A stretch of 64,000 bases of DNA from Candidatus Gastranaerophilales bacterium. GTDB taxonomy: Bacteria > Cyanobacteriota > Vampirovibrionia > Gastranaerophilales > CAJFVJ01. The stretch spans positions 201,466-265,465 of the forward strand of contig CALUSR010000003.1 of NCBI GenBank assembly GCA_944323485.1. The letters run 5' to 3'. The notes below the pieces were generated by a model, which had not been told where the DNA came from, made no database searches, and saw only the letters and a list, made by a program, of their open reading frames with translations. Shown here piece by piece: positions 35,713 through 45,220 of the stretch; the stretch's first letter is position 1, and each line of letters opens with the position of its first letter. The position numbers and the translations under genes are program-made.

Positions 35713-37374
35713 ATGAGTACTATCGAATTTTTTACAAGTTCTGATGAGCTGAAATCAATCATGTCAGCTACCAGAGCAACAATTACGGCACCGTTTTTCG
35801 GGAACAACGTAGAACCTGTCAAAACGGTTTCAGAAGCTTATAAGCTGGCAAAAGACAGTCCGGGAACAATTGAGTTAACAGGCATGCCGGTTTATCAGCC
35901 TGAGAAAATCGGTTTACCTCAAGGCGCAAACCAGCTGTTGTTTAACGACGGAACAGTTGTCGGACGATGCGCCGCTGCAAGAAAAATCGTCGGAGAACCC
36001 GGATGCGACATCGCAAAACTTCTTCCCGTAATCAGAGAAGCTGTATATCAAACACGCTACAAACTTATGTACAGAACAGAAGTAGTAGTAGGTCTTGATA
36101 AAGACTTTATGGTAAAAGCTCACCTTTTGATACCTGAAGGCTTTGAGAATATTATGTATTCCTGGATGCTGAATTTCCAGTATATGAACGAAGCATATTC
36201 TCAAATGTACGAAAACTCAAGAAAAATTGCTGAAGGCGACCTGTATGTCTTCTCCGATCCTGATTGGTCACATCCTGATTTCCCTTACGGATTGACTTTC
36301 TTTGACCCCGCTCACAACTGTGCGGCTATTCTTGGTATGAGATACTTTGGCGAGCATAAAAAAGGTACTCTTACTCTCGCCTGGGGAGCAGCAGCAAGAA
36401 ACGGCTACGCATCATGCCATGGCGGAATGAAAAGATATAACCTTGAAGGCGGTAAATCTTTCCAGGCAGCCGTATTCGGTCTTTCAGGCTCGGGCAAATC
36501 AACAATCACTCACGCAAAACACAATAACAAATATGATATTACCGTTTTGCATGATGATGCATTCATCATCAACGTCCATGACAAATATTCAATAGCTCTT
36601 GAGCCTGCTTATTTCGACAAAACAGCGGACTACCCGATAGGATGTGACGATAATAAATATATCCTCACTCAACAAAACAACGGTGCTATCGAAGGTCAGG
36701 ACGGAAAAGTCTATTCGGTAACAGAGGATATAAGAAACGGCAACGGTCGTGCAGTCAAGTCAAAACTCTGGTCTCCAAACAGAGTTGATCGTGTCGATGA
36801 ACCGATTAATGCAATATTCTGGTTGATGAAAGACCCGACAATCCCGCCTGTGTTAAAACTCAGCGGAGCATCTCTCGGTTCTGCAATGGGCGCAACGCTT
36901 GCAACAAAACGTTCATCAGCAGAAAGACTCGTCGCAGGAGTTGACCCGAACGCACTTGTTGTTGAACCTTATGCAAACCCGTTCAGAGTTTATCCTCTCG
37001 AAATGGATTATACAAGATTCAAACAGCTGATAGCTGACGGCGTTGACTGCTATATATTGAACACAGGCGAATTTATGGGAACAAAAGTCCAGCCGAAACA
37101 CACACTTGGTATTTTGGAAGCAATTGTTGAAGGAACAGCCAAATTCGAAAAATGGGAAAATTTCTCTGATATAGAAATCATGAACATCGAAGGGTTTGAT
37201 GCTTCTTTCAAAAACACTGAATACGCAGAACAATTTATTAAACGTATGCAAGATAGAATTGATTTCGTAAAATCAAGAGAAACCGAAAAAGCAGGACTCG
37301 ACAAACTGCCTGCTGACGCACTTGAAGCTCTTGAAAATGTTGTAAAACAAGCAAAAGCAACAGCAAACGTATAA
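35713..37374 (+). CDS. pckA: phosphoenolpyruvate carboxykinase (ATP)
   Basis: Kinase-1a loop FGLSGSGKSTITH and overall PckA-like length. Confidence 0.8.
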   Translation: MSTIEFFTSSDELKSIMSATRATITAPFFGNNVEPVKTVSEAYKLAKDSPGTIELTGMPVYQPEKIGLPQGANQLLFNDGTVVGRCAAARKIVGEPGCDIAKLLPVIREAVYQTRYKLMYRTEVVVGLDKDFMVKAHLLIPEGFENIMYSWMLNFQYMNEAYSQMYENSRKIAEGDLYVFSDPDWSHPDFPYGLTFFDPAHNCAAILGMRYFGEHKKGTLTLAWGAAARNGYASCHGGMKRYNLEGGKSFQAAVFGLSGSGKSTITHAKHNNKYDITVLHDDAFIINVHDKYSIALEPAYFDKTADYPIGCDDNKYILTQQNNGAIEGQDGKVYSVTEDIRNGNGRAVKSKLWSPNRVDRVDEPINAIFWLMKDPTIPPVLKLSGASLGSAMGATLATKRSSAERLVAGVDPNALVVEPYANPFRVYPLEMDYTRFKQLIADGVDCYILNTGEFMGTKVQPKHTLGILEAIVEGTAKFEKWENFSDIEIMNIEGFDASFKNTEYAEQFIKRMQDRIDFVKSRETEKAGLDKLPADALEALENVVKQAKATANV

Positions 37375-37393
37375 CAGGTTTTCCAAAAATAAA

Positions 37394-37427
37394 ACAGTCC
37401 GTATCTTTTGATGCGGGCTGTTTTTTA
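37394..37427 (+). terminator. rho-independent terminator after pckA
   Basis: ACAGTCCGTATC-tttt-GATGCGGGCTGT (12 bp including two G-U pairs) followed by TTTTTT. Confidence 0.8.
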
Positions 37428-37476
37428 TTTGTTTTTTAGTATAAGATAATTGAAAGAAGCTGGAGGAGTTTTCAAA

Positions 37477-38313
37477 ATGGACTTAATGCAAACGATAATA
37501 ACAAGTGTAGTACAGGGATTGAGCGAATTTCTGCCTATTAGCAGCTCAGGTCACCTTATTATTACATCATCTTTATACAAAATATTTACGGGAGCAGAAC
37601 TCACATCGGGAGGAAATCAGGAAGTCTTTTATGATATTATGCTGCATATAGGCACTTTGGTTGCTGTAGTAATCTATTTCTGGGAAGATTTGGTAAATAT
37701 ATTCAAAAGTTTTTTCAAAGCAGTAAAAGAAAAATCTTTTGACAACAATCCTGAAGCAATGATGGTGCCGTATGTTGCATTAGGAACCGTTGTCACAATA
37801 GCTTTTGCTCTGCCGTTCAAAGACTTCTTCGAGTCACTCGTTTCTAATCCAAGAGGAGTCGGAATATTCCTTCTTTTGACAGCCTTCGTGCTGTGGTTCA
37901 CAGAGTTATATTCAAAAAAACACCCGCGAGATAACAAGCTAACATGGAAAAAAGCTCTCTTAATCGGATTATTTCAAGGGTTTGCAGTTACCCCGGGGCT
38001 CTCACGCTCAGGGTCAACAATCGCTGCAGGACTCTTATGCGGAATGGACAGAGTGAAATCAGCCCGTTATTCATTTTTGCTCAGTATCCCCGTTATATTG
38101 CTTGCTGCGTTGTATCACTGCATTGAAGTTACGGGATTTGAAGAACTCAAGACCTTTAACTGGGGGCTTATCCTTCTTGGCAGTGTCCTCGCTGCCGTTG
38201 TCGGCTATGCATGCATAAAATACTTCTTAATTTTCCTAGGGAAATACAGTCTGAATTTCTTCGCCGCTTATTGTGTTGTAGTAGGACTTTTTGCAATTTT
38301 ATATTTTAAGTAA
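37477..38313 (+). CDS. uppP: undecaprenyl-diphosphate phosphatase
   Basis: SEFLPISSSGHL motif and PGxSRSG motif (TPGLSRSGST). The ATG at 37477 is preferred over the upstream alternative start. Confidence 0.85.
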   Translation: MDLMQTIITSVVQGLSEFLPISSSGHLIITSSLYKIFTGAELTSGGNQEVFYDIMLHIGTLVAVVIYFWEDLVNIFKSFFKAVKEKSFDNNPEAMMVPYVALGTVVTIAFALPFKDFFESLVSNPRGVGIFLLLTAFVLWFTELYSKKHPRDNKLTWKKALLIGLFQGFAVTPGLSRSGSTIAAGLLCGMDRVKSARYSFLLSIPVILLAALYHCIEVTGFEELKTFNWGLILLGSVLAAVVGYACIKYFLIFLGKYSLNFFAAYCVVVGLFAILYFK

Positions 38314-38324
38314 GGAGAGCAGCT

Positions 38325-38816
38325 ATGGAGATAACCAGAGTTTTAAATAACCAACATATCAAAGAACTTAGCATACTTGCTCATAAAATATGGAATGAAT
38401 ACTTCATATCTATTATCTCACAGGAGCAAATTGACTATATGCTCAAAAATCTTCAGTCAGAAGAACCTATCGCAAAACAAATTCAGAATGACGGATATGA
38501 ATATTTTCTTGTGAAAGACGGAGATAAAAATATCGGATATTTTGCAATACAACAAAGACCTGAATATCTGTTCTTATCAAAGCTTTATATAGATAAGAGT
38601 CAACGGGGACAAGGTATCGGAAAAGAAGCGTTTGAATTTATCAAAACAAAAGCAAAAGAGTATAATCTCCCTAAAATTCAGCTCACCTGCAACAAATTCA
38701 ATCTGCCGTCGCTTGCTGTTTATGAACGCTGGGGATTTGAGATTGTAAAATCAGCGGAAGCAGATATCGGCGGCGGTTTTGTGATGGATGACTATATCCT
38801 TGAGAAAGCTGTCTGA
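38325..38816 (+). CDS. GNAT-family N-acetyltransferase
   Basis: QRGQGIGK acetyl-CoA binding motif. Confidence 0.8.
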   Translation: MEITRVLNNQHIKELSILAHKIWNEYFISIISQEQIDYMLKNLQSEEPIAKQIQNDGYEYFLVKDGDKNIGYFAIQQRPEYLFLSKLYIDKSQRGQGIGKEAFEFIKTKAKEYNLPKIQLTCNKFNLPSLAVYERWGFEIVKSAEADIGGGFVMDDYILEKAV

Positions 38817-38837
38817 AACAATTGAGAAACTCATCAT

Positions 38838-38899
38838 CACTCTGAGCGCAAGCGAAGAGTCTAAGGAAAGATTCTTCGCCACTTCGGGCTCAGAATAAC
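38838..38899. repeat. REP-like palindromic module pair related to the MITE interior
   Basis: cACTCTGAGCGCAAGCGAAGAGTct plus GATTCTTCGCCACTTCGGGCTCAGAATaac. Compare the MITE interior: ACTGAGCGCTAGCGGAGTAT ... GATTCTGAGGGCTTTAACCCTCAGAAT. Confidence 0.4.
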
Positions 38900-38909
38900 A
38901 CACAAAAAT

Positions 38910-39140
38910 TTATCTCAAGAATTCCTGTTCTAAAATTCTTCCAATACTTTCATTAACTTTATATGCTCTTTTAGCTATTTTATTCGAAATATTTCCAAAA
39001 ATCTGAGCAGATTCAATTTCTTCTTCATCGCCTATTTTTTCTGTTAATAACTTTAATTCACCCAGAGCAGCCATAACTTCACTTCTCAGATATAAAAGAT
39101 GTTCTATTTTATCTTTCATTTTCAGACCTTTTAATAACAT
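38910..39140 (-). CDS. hypothetical small protein
   Basis: 76-aa helical ORF with no recognised motif. Confidence 0.35.
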   Translation of the reverse strand: MLLKGLKMKDKIEHLLYLRSEVMAALGELKLLTEKIGDEEEIESAQIFGNISNKIAKRAYKVNESIGRILEQEFLR

Positions 39141-39218
39141 TTTCCAACTTTTATTATTGCACTTTATTTTTATTTTTGGTTACAACAATGTTATTACAGG
39201 AATATGAGATTTCTAAAC

Positions 39219-40148
39219 TTAAGAATTAATACCTACCATCTTCTCTATCGGGGCATAGGCTCTTTTCGCCAGCTCAGGGTCAACATCTATCTCATGCTGT
39301 TCTGCTTCAAGAGAGTTCAATATATCTTCGAGATGAATCCACTTCATATTTGCGCATACAGCTTTCGGAGATACAAGAACAAATTTCTTATCAGGAAAAT
39401 CTCTCTCAAGTCTTTCAACAACACCTAGTTCCGTCACAATAATAAAAGTTTTCGCACTGCTCTCTTTTGCCCTTTTCATAATTCCTGTTGTTGACCCGAC
39501 AAAATCAGCGAGTTTGACAACTTCCTTATGACACTCAGGATGAACCAAAACTTCAGCATCAGGATATTGTTTTTTCCTCTCGAGAATATCCTCAGGTCTT
39601 ATTCTCAGGTGAGTCGGACAGTACCCCGGATATGTTATGACTTCTACATCCTTAAGCTGCTCTCCGACATAAGTACCCAAGTATGTATCAGGAACAAACA
39701 AAACTTTGGGAACATTCATTGATTTGACTACTTTTACTGCATTCGCACTCGTGCAGCAGATGTCTGATTCAGATTTCACTTCTGCCGTTGAGTTCACATA
39801 ACATACAACAGGGATATTCGGATGTTTTGATTTAAATTCTCTGATTTGCTGCAGATTAATCATATCAGCCATCTGACATCCTGCCTCAAGACGTGGAAGA
39901 AGGACTTTTTTGTCGGGAGATAAAATCTTGGCAGTCTCAGCCATGAAATAAACACCCGCAAAGACAATAATATCAGCATCCGTTTTGGCTGCCTGCTGGC
40001 TCAAATAAAGAGAATCTCCGACAAAATCAGCAACTTCATCAATCTCTACATTTTGATAGCAATGTGCCAGCACAATGGCATTTTTCTCTTTTTTGAGTTT
40101 TTGAATTTTTTCTATTATCTCTTTTTTGTCTTTGGTAGTCATTCTCAC
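39219..40148 (-). CDS. nadA: quinolinate synthase
   Basis: Full-length NadA-like protein (..ILAHCYQ.., ..VCYVNSTAEVKA-like.., ..HPEC..). Confidence 0.9.
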   Translation of the reverse strand: MRMTTKDKKEIIEKIQKLKKEKNAIVLAHCYQNVEIDEVADFVGDSLYLSQQAAKTDADIIVFAGVYFMAETAKILSPDKKVLLPRLEAGCQMADMINLQQIREFKSKHPNIPVVCYVNSTAEVKSESDICCTSANAVKVVKSMNVPKVLFVPDTYLGTYVGEQLKDVEVITYPGYCPTHLRIRPEDILERKKQYPDAEVLVHPECHKEVVKLADFVGSTTGIMKRAKESSAKTFIIVTELGVVERLERDFPDKKFVLVSPKAVCANMKWIHLEDILNSLEAEQHEIDVDPELAKRAYAPIEKMVGINS

Positions 40149-40209
40149 AGCCTCCGATCTTTTTCAATATTGTATTCAAAAGATAGTTTTTATTCAAACT
40201 AAAAAAATA

Positions 40210-40359
40210 GGGATTTATATAGCAAATTCCACAGATACTATTAAAAGTCCGTCATTCTGAGGGTTAAAGCCCTCAGAATCTTTTTTGTTTAGATACTCCG
40301 CTAGCGCTCAGTATGACTTTGTTTTGGAAATTTTTGGTAAAATTTGCTATATAAATCCC
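40210..40359. mobile_element. 150-bp MITE with perfect 19-bp terminal inverted repeats (copy B)
   Basis: GGGATTTATATAGCAAATT at 40210..40228 is the exact reverse complement of AATTTGCTATATAAATCCC at 40341..40359. The interior carries the hairpin ATTCTGAGGGTTAAAGCCCTCAGAAT. aaaaata is present on both flanks. Confidence 0.65.
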
Positions 40360-40371
40360 CAAAAATAATAC

Positions 40372-40399
40372 TTGCAATAATCACAAAAAAATGTATAAT
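40372..40399 (+). promoter_or_regulatory. candidate promoter of the arg operon leader
   Basis: TTGCAA, a 16-nt spacer, then TGtATAAT (extended -10). Confidence 0.4.
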
Positions 40400-40436
40400 A
40401 AGTGTAAATTGAACGATTAATTAAAGAGATATCAAA

Positions 40437-40487
40437 TTGAACAAGATTATTTTCACAACAGAACTTCGACGTCGCAACCTCTTCTAG
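40437..40487 (+). CDS. candidate arg operon leader peptide, MNKIIFTTELRRRNLF (TTG start)
   Basis: 16-codon ORF with three consecutive Arg codons (CGA CGT CGC). It is embedded in a stem-loop and followed by a terminator directly upstream of argF. Confidence 0.45.
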   Translation: MNKIIFTTELRRRNLF

Positions 40488-40544
40488 CAGGTTGAATCTG
40501 GTGTGCAAAAATAATCGCATAAAAAATTTTAGTTTTAATTTTAA

Positions 40545-40584
40545 AACACCATATTCTCCCAAAATACGGATATGGTGTTTTTTT
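40545..40584 (+). terminator. intrinsic terminator (attenuator) 22 nt upstream of the argF start
   Basis: AACACCATAT-15 nt-ATATGGTGTT followed by TTTTTTT. Confidence 0.65.
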
Positions 40585-40606
40585 GTGTATAACGGAAAGG
40601 GCAGAA

Positions 40607-41533
40607 ATGAACTTAAAAGGCAAACATTTTATTAATCTTGAAGATTTTTCAAAAGATGACATCCTTGGACTCCTCGATTTGGCAGAGGCTTTGAAAAAAG
40701 ATGTCAAAGAAAAAAAAGACCTAAACATCCTGAAAAATAAAACTCTCGTTATGTACTTTTCAAAACCGAGTTTGAGAACAAGAATAAGCTTTGAAGTCGG
40801 AATGCAAAAACTCGGAGGAAATGCTGTTGTAATAAAACAGGATGAAATTATCCTCGGGAAAAGAGAGAGCATTGAAGACACGGCAAGAGTCATCTCAAGA
40901 TATGCTGATGGGATTACTATCAGAACTTTTGCTCACAGCGATGTTGAACAGTTCGCAAAATACTCTTCAATCCCAGTAATAAATGCCCTGACTGATTTAT
41001 CTCACCCATGCCAGATTATGGCCGACCTGTTAACGATAAAAGAACACTTCAAAAAATTCAACGGATTGAAACTTGCTTATATCGGAGATGGAAACAACGT
41101 TACAAACAGCTTGCTAATCGGATGCTCTCTTCTGGGAATTGATATATCAGTAGCGGCACCAGAGGGCTATGAACCTGACAGCGAATGTGTTTTAAACGCA
41201 AAAAAATTCGCTTCGAGCTCAGGAGCAAAAGTCGAAATTTTGAACTCTCCTGATGATGCAGCTAAAGGGGCACATGTTTTCTACACTGATGTGTGGACAA
41301 GCATGGGTCAGGAAGCTGAGGCGGAAAAAAGAAAAGAAATATTCAAAAACTATCAGATAAACACCAATCTGCTGAAACTGGCAGATAAAAACCACATTGT
41401 CCTCCACTGTCTGCCGGCGCATAAGGGAGAGGAAATTACAGAAGAAGCCTTTGAGCTGCATGCAGCATCAATTTTTGAGCAGGCAGAAAACAGAATGCAT
41501 GCACAAATGGCAATTATGGCATCTATAATGTAG
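40607..41533 (+). CDS. argF: ornithine carbamoyltransferase
   Basis: STRTR motif (SLRTRISFE), HPCQ, and HCLPA near the C-terminus. The ATG at 40607 is preferred. Confidence 0.9.
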   Translation: MNLKGKHFINLEDFSKDDILGLLDLAEALKKDVKEKKDLNILKNKTLVMYFSKPSLRTRISFEVGMQKLGGNAVVIKQDEIILGKRESIEDTARVISRYADGITIRTFAHSDVEQFAKYSSIPVINALTDLSHPCQIMADLLTIKEHFKKFNGLKLAYIGDGNNVTNSLLIGCSLLGIDISVAAPEGYEPDSECVLNAKKFASSSGAKVEILNSPDDAAKGAHVFYTDVWTSMGQEAEAEKRKEIFKNYQINTNLLKLADKNHIVLHCLPAHKGEEITEEAFELHAASIFEQAENRMHAQMAIMASIM

Positions 41534-41561
41534 AAAATTTCAAAATAAAAGGAGAAAAGAG

Positions 41562-42806
41562 ATGAAGAAAAAAGTTATTTTGGCTTACTCAGGAGGTTTG
41601 GATACAACAGTTATTATTCCATGGCTGAAAGAGAATTATGATTATGATGTAGTGGCTGCCTGCATAGATGTAGGACAGGGAACGGAAACTGACGGATTAG
41701 AACAAAAAGCGCTTGATACAGGTGCTTGCAAGTATTATTTGATTAACTGCGAAGAAGAGTTTGTAGAAGATTATGTTTATCCGACACTGAAAGCTGATGC
41801 GGTATATGAAGGGAAATATCTCCTCGGAACATCAATCGCAAGACCGCTGATTGCAAAAAAACTTGTCGAAATAGCAATTCAAGAGGGCGCTTCAGCTATC
41901 TGCCACGGGGCAACAGGGAAAGGCAACGATCAGGTAAGATTTGAACTCGGCATCAAAGCTCTTGCCCCTGAACTTGAGATAATTGCCCCATGGAGAATAT
42001 GGGATATCAAATCAAGAGAAGATGAGATTGAATATCTTGAAAAAAGAGGCATTCCTGTTCCTATGAAAAAAGATGATACTTACTCAAGAGATAAAAATCT
42101 CTGGCACCTGAGCCATGAGGGATTGGAACTTGAAGACCCCGCTAACGAGCCGAATTATGACAAACTTCTGCATCTTTCTGTCACACCAGAAAAAGCACCT
42201 GATACCCCTGAATATGTCGTAATTGATTTTGAGGAAGGAATTCCAGTTAAAGTAAACGGCGAAACAATGAGTCCTGCCTCAATTGTCAAAAAACTCAATG
42301 AGATAGGCGGAAAAAATGCAATAGGAACAATAGACCTCGTAGAAAACAGAGTTGTCGGAATGAAATCAAGAGGGGTATATGAAACGCCCGGAGGGACTAT
42401 TCTTTATGCTGCGCATAAAGAGCTTGAATACCTCTGCCTTGATAAACAGACTCAATCTTTCAAACAAATCGTTGCAAACAAGTTCGCAGAACTCACTTAC
42501 AGCGGAGAATGGTTTACTCCTCTGAGAGAAGCTCTCTCTGCATTTGTTGATGAAACACAAAAGACAGTCACTGGAACGGTAAAACTCAAACTCTACAAAG
42601 GTAATATTATACCGGCAGGTGCAAAATCACCATATTCTTTGTATAATGAAAGCCTCGCAAGTTTCACTACAGGTGATTTATACAGCCATAAAGATGCTGA
42701 AGGTTTTATCAACCTGTTTGGTCTGCCGCTGAAGGTTAATGCATTGATGAAGAAGAAAAATGAACTGAATAAGGAACAAAAAGATGCAGCAACTCTGGGG
42801 GTCTAG
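41562..42806 (+). CDS. argG: argininosuccinate synthase
   Basis: [13 protein letters not shown] N-terminus ([10 protein letters not shown]) and [13 protein letters not shown]. Confidence 0.9.
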   Translation: MKKKVILAYSGGLDTTVIIPWLKENYDYDVVAACIDVGQGTETDGLEQKALDTGACKYYLINCEEEFVEDYVYPTLKADAVYEGKYLLGTSIARPLIAKKLVEIAIQEGASAICHGATGKGNDQVRFELGIKALAPELEIIAPWRIWDIKSREDEIEYLEKRGIPVPMKKDDTYSRDKNLWHLSHEGLELEDPANEPNYDKLLHLSVTPEKAPDTPEYVVIDFEEGIPVKVNGETMSPASIVKKLNEIGGKNAIGTIDLVENRVVGMKSRGVYETPGGTILYAAHKELEYLCLDKQTQSFKQIVANKFAELTYSGEWFTPLREALSAFVDETQKTVTGTVKLKLYKGNIIPAGAKSPYSLYNESLASFTTGDLYSHKDAEGFINLFGLPLKVNALMKKKNELNKEQKDAATLGV

Positions 42807-44172
42807 GTTCTCAAAAAAATTGGATGAGTCAGTCAACGACTTCAACTCATCTTTGAGCTTCGATAAAAAACTTTGTAAATATGACATACAGGGCAGTGTT
42901 GCTCATGTTTTGATGTTGAAAGACCAGAAAATTCTCGATGAAGATGAAGCACTGCTTCTTGTCAATGCACTGAATGAAATACTCCTTGACTATGAAGAAG
43001 GGAAAATTGTCTTTGACACGGCATTTGAAGATATCCATACAAATGTCGAAAAACTCCTCATTGAAAAAGTCGGAGATATCGGGAAAAAAGTCCATACGGC
43101 AAGAAGCAGAAATGATCAGGTTGCTCTTGATGTGAGGATGTATTTGAAAGAAGAAACCAAAGCAATTCAGTCACTTTTGCTTGAACTGCTCAAAACTCTT
43201 CTTGATATCTCAAAACAGCATACGGAAACAATTATGCCTGGGTATACGCATCTTCAAAGAGCACAGCCCATCACATTTGCCCATCATCTTGGTGCTTATA
43301 TCGAGATGTTCAAAAGAGATTTCGAAAGGCTCTCTGACTCATACAAAAGAATAAACATCCTGCCTCTCGGTTCAGGAGCGCTTGCGACAACTCCTCATAA
43401 CATTGACAGATACAAAACAGCGCAATATCTCGGGTTTGATGATGTTTCTCTAAACAGCCTCGATGGAGTTTCTGACAGAGATTTTATCATCGAAACTCTT
43501 AGTGATTTATCACTGATTATGACTCACCTGAGCAGATTTTCAGAGGAGCTTGTGCTGTGGTCAAGCTTTGAATTTAAATTTATAGAGCTTGACGACGGAT
43601 TTTCAACGGGAAGCAGCCTTATGCCCCAGAAGAAAAATCCAGATATCCCCGAGTTAATAAGGGGTAAAACAGGCAGAGTCTACGGAAGTCTTGTTTCTCT
43701 TCTCACAACTATGAAGGCGCTGCCTCTTGCTTATAACAAAGATATGCAGGAAGATAAAGAACCCCTCTTTGACGCAGTAGAAACTGTGAAACTCTGTCTC
43801 TCGATACTTCCTCCTATGCTAAAAACAATGAGGATTAACAAAGATAAGATGCTCTCAGCCGTGAAAGAAGGATTTTTGAATGCAACTGATGTCGCTGATT
43901 ATCTTGTCAAAAAAGGTGTTCCATTCAGAGATGCCCACGAATGTGCAGGAGCGCTTGTTGCCTATGCAATTCAGCAGAACAAAACTCTTAATGAGCTGAC
44001 TATTGATGAGTATAAACAAAAAAGCATTCTTTTCGAAGATGACATTTTTGAAGAGATATCTCCTCAAAAATCGGTATTATCAAGAAAAGTGACAGGCGGC
44101 CCGGCACCTGATACCATGAAAAAAGTTATTGAAATGAATGAAAAGTGGATAAAAAACAATGAGCAAAATTAA
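42784..44172 (+). CDS. argH: argininosuccinate lyase
   Basis: LWGSRF N-terminus and the fumarate-lyase signature [12 protein letters not shown]. It overlaps argG by 23 nt. Confidence 0.9.
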   Translation: MQQLWGSRFSKKLDESVNDFNSSLSFDKKLCKYDIQGSVAHVLMLKDQKILDEDEALLLVNALNEILLDYEEGKIVFDTAFEDIHTNVEKLLIEKVGDIGKKVHTARSRNDQVALDVRMYLKEETKAIQSLLLELLKTLLDISKQHTETIMPGYTHLQRAQPITFAHHLGAYIEMFKRDFERLSDSYKRINILPLGSGALATTPHNIDRYKTAQYLGFDDVSLNSLDGVSDRDFIIETLSDLSLIMTHLSRFSEELVLWSSFEFKFIELDDGFSTGSSLMPQKKNPDIPELIRGKTGRVYGSLVSLLTTMKALPLAYNKDMQEDKEPLFDAVETVKLCLSILPPMLKTMRINKDKMLSAVKEGFLNATDVADYLVKKGVPFRDAHECAGALVAYAIQQNKTLNELTIDEYKQKSILFEDDIFEEISPQKSVLSRKVTGGPAPDTMKKVIEMNEKWIKNNEQN

Positions 44173-45208
44173 AGCAGCAATAATCGGCGCAACAGGCTAT
44201 GTCGGAGAAGAGTTGTTCAGACTCCTGTCCTCACACCCTGATGTTGAAATCAGTCATATAACATCAGTGAGCTATCTCGGTAAAAAATACACTGATGTAT
44301 ATGAGAACTTCAAACATATAACTAACCTCTCATGCAGCGAAGATAATCTTGAAAAAATATCTGATGAAGCTGATGTTATGTTCCTCGCACTGCCTCATGG
44401 AATTGCCTCAGGTAAGATAAATGAAACCATACTCTCAAAATGTAAGGTTATAGATATGGGCGCTGATTTCAGACTCAAAGATATAGAAGTTTATGAAAAG
44501 TGGTACGCAACAGAGCATAAAAGCAGAGAACTCCTCTCAAAAGCTGTCTATGGTTTATGCGAGCTGAATAGAGAAGAAATTAAAAACTCTTCTCTCATCG
44601 CAAACCCGGGGTGTTATACAACTTGCTCGATTTTGAGTCTTGTCCCTTTGTTGAAAGAAGATTTAATCAAAGAAGATTCAATTATCATAGATGCAAAATC
44701 AGGAGTAACCGGTGCAGGACGGGGTGTCAGCCTGAGCAACCTCTACTGCGAGGTGAATGAATCAATAAAGGCTTATAAAGTGACATCTCACAGACATACT
44801 CCTGAGATTGAGCAAGAACTCTCAAAAGTTGCAGGAAAAGATATTCTATTATCCTTCACTCCTCATCTAATCCCAATGAACAGAGGGATTCTTGCAACAT
44901 GTTATGCAAAATTGAAAAAACATATCAGTTACAAAGAGTTGAAAGCTGTCTATGAAAAATATTACGGAAATGAATATTTCATCAGACTTACAAAAGAAGG
45001 CGTATTCCCCGAGACAAAATGGGTAAAAGGCTCAAACTTTGTTGATATAGGACTGTCTGTAGATGAACGAAGCGGAAATGTCGTTGTTATTGGTGCAATT
45101 GATAACCTTATGAAAGGTGCAGCAGGACAAGCTGTCCAAAATATGAATATTATATTCGGTCTTGATGAAAAAACATCGCTGACAACACCGGGGATATTCC
45201 CTGTATAA
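44159..45208 (+). CDS. argC: N-acetyl-gamma-glutamyl-phosphate reductase
   Basis: GATGYVG Rossmann N-terminus and the active-site region NPGCYTT. Confidence 0.9.
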   Translation: MSKIKAAIIGATGYVGEELFRLLSSHPDVEISHITSVSYLGKKYTDVYENFKHITNLSCSEDNLEKISDEADVMFLALPHGIASGKINETILSKCKVIDMGADFRLKDIEVYEKWYATEHKSRELLSKAVYGLCELNREEIKNSSLIANPGCYTTCSILSLVPLLKEDLIKEDSIIIDAKSGVTGAGRGVSLSNLYCEVNESIKAYKVTSHRHTPEIEQELSKVAGKDILLSFTPHLIPMNRGILATCYAKLKKHISYKELKAVYEKYYGNEYFIRLTKEGVFPETKWVKGSNFVDIGLSVDERSGNVVVIGAIDNLMKGAAGQAVQNMNIIFGLDEKTSLTTPGIFPV

Positions 45209-45220
45209 GAAGGAGATAAA

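Noticed and set aside
40401-40445. Repeated aaattgaac 9-mers (about 40407 and 40434) as possible ArgR/AhrC ARG boxes
   Set aside because: They resemble each other but not the TGAAT-N4-ATTCA ARG-box palindrome closely enough. The region is better explained as promoter-proximal leader plus RBS.
40347-40893. Minus-strand ORFs 40347..40562 and 40453..40893 across the arg leader and the argF 5' end
   Set aside because: They are antisense to argF and to the promoter/leader region. They show no coding-like composition and no RBS.
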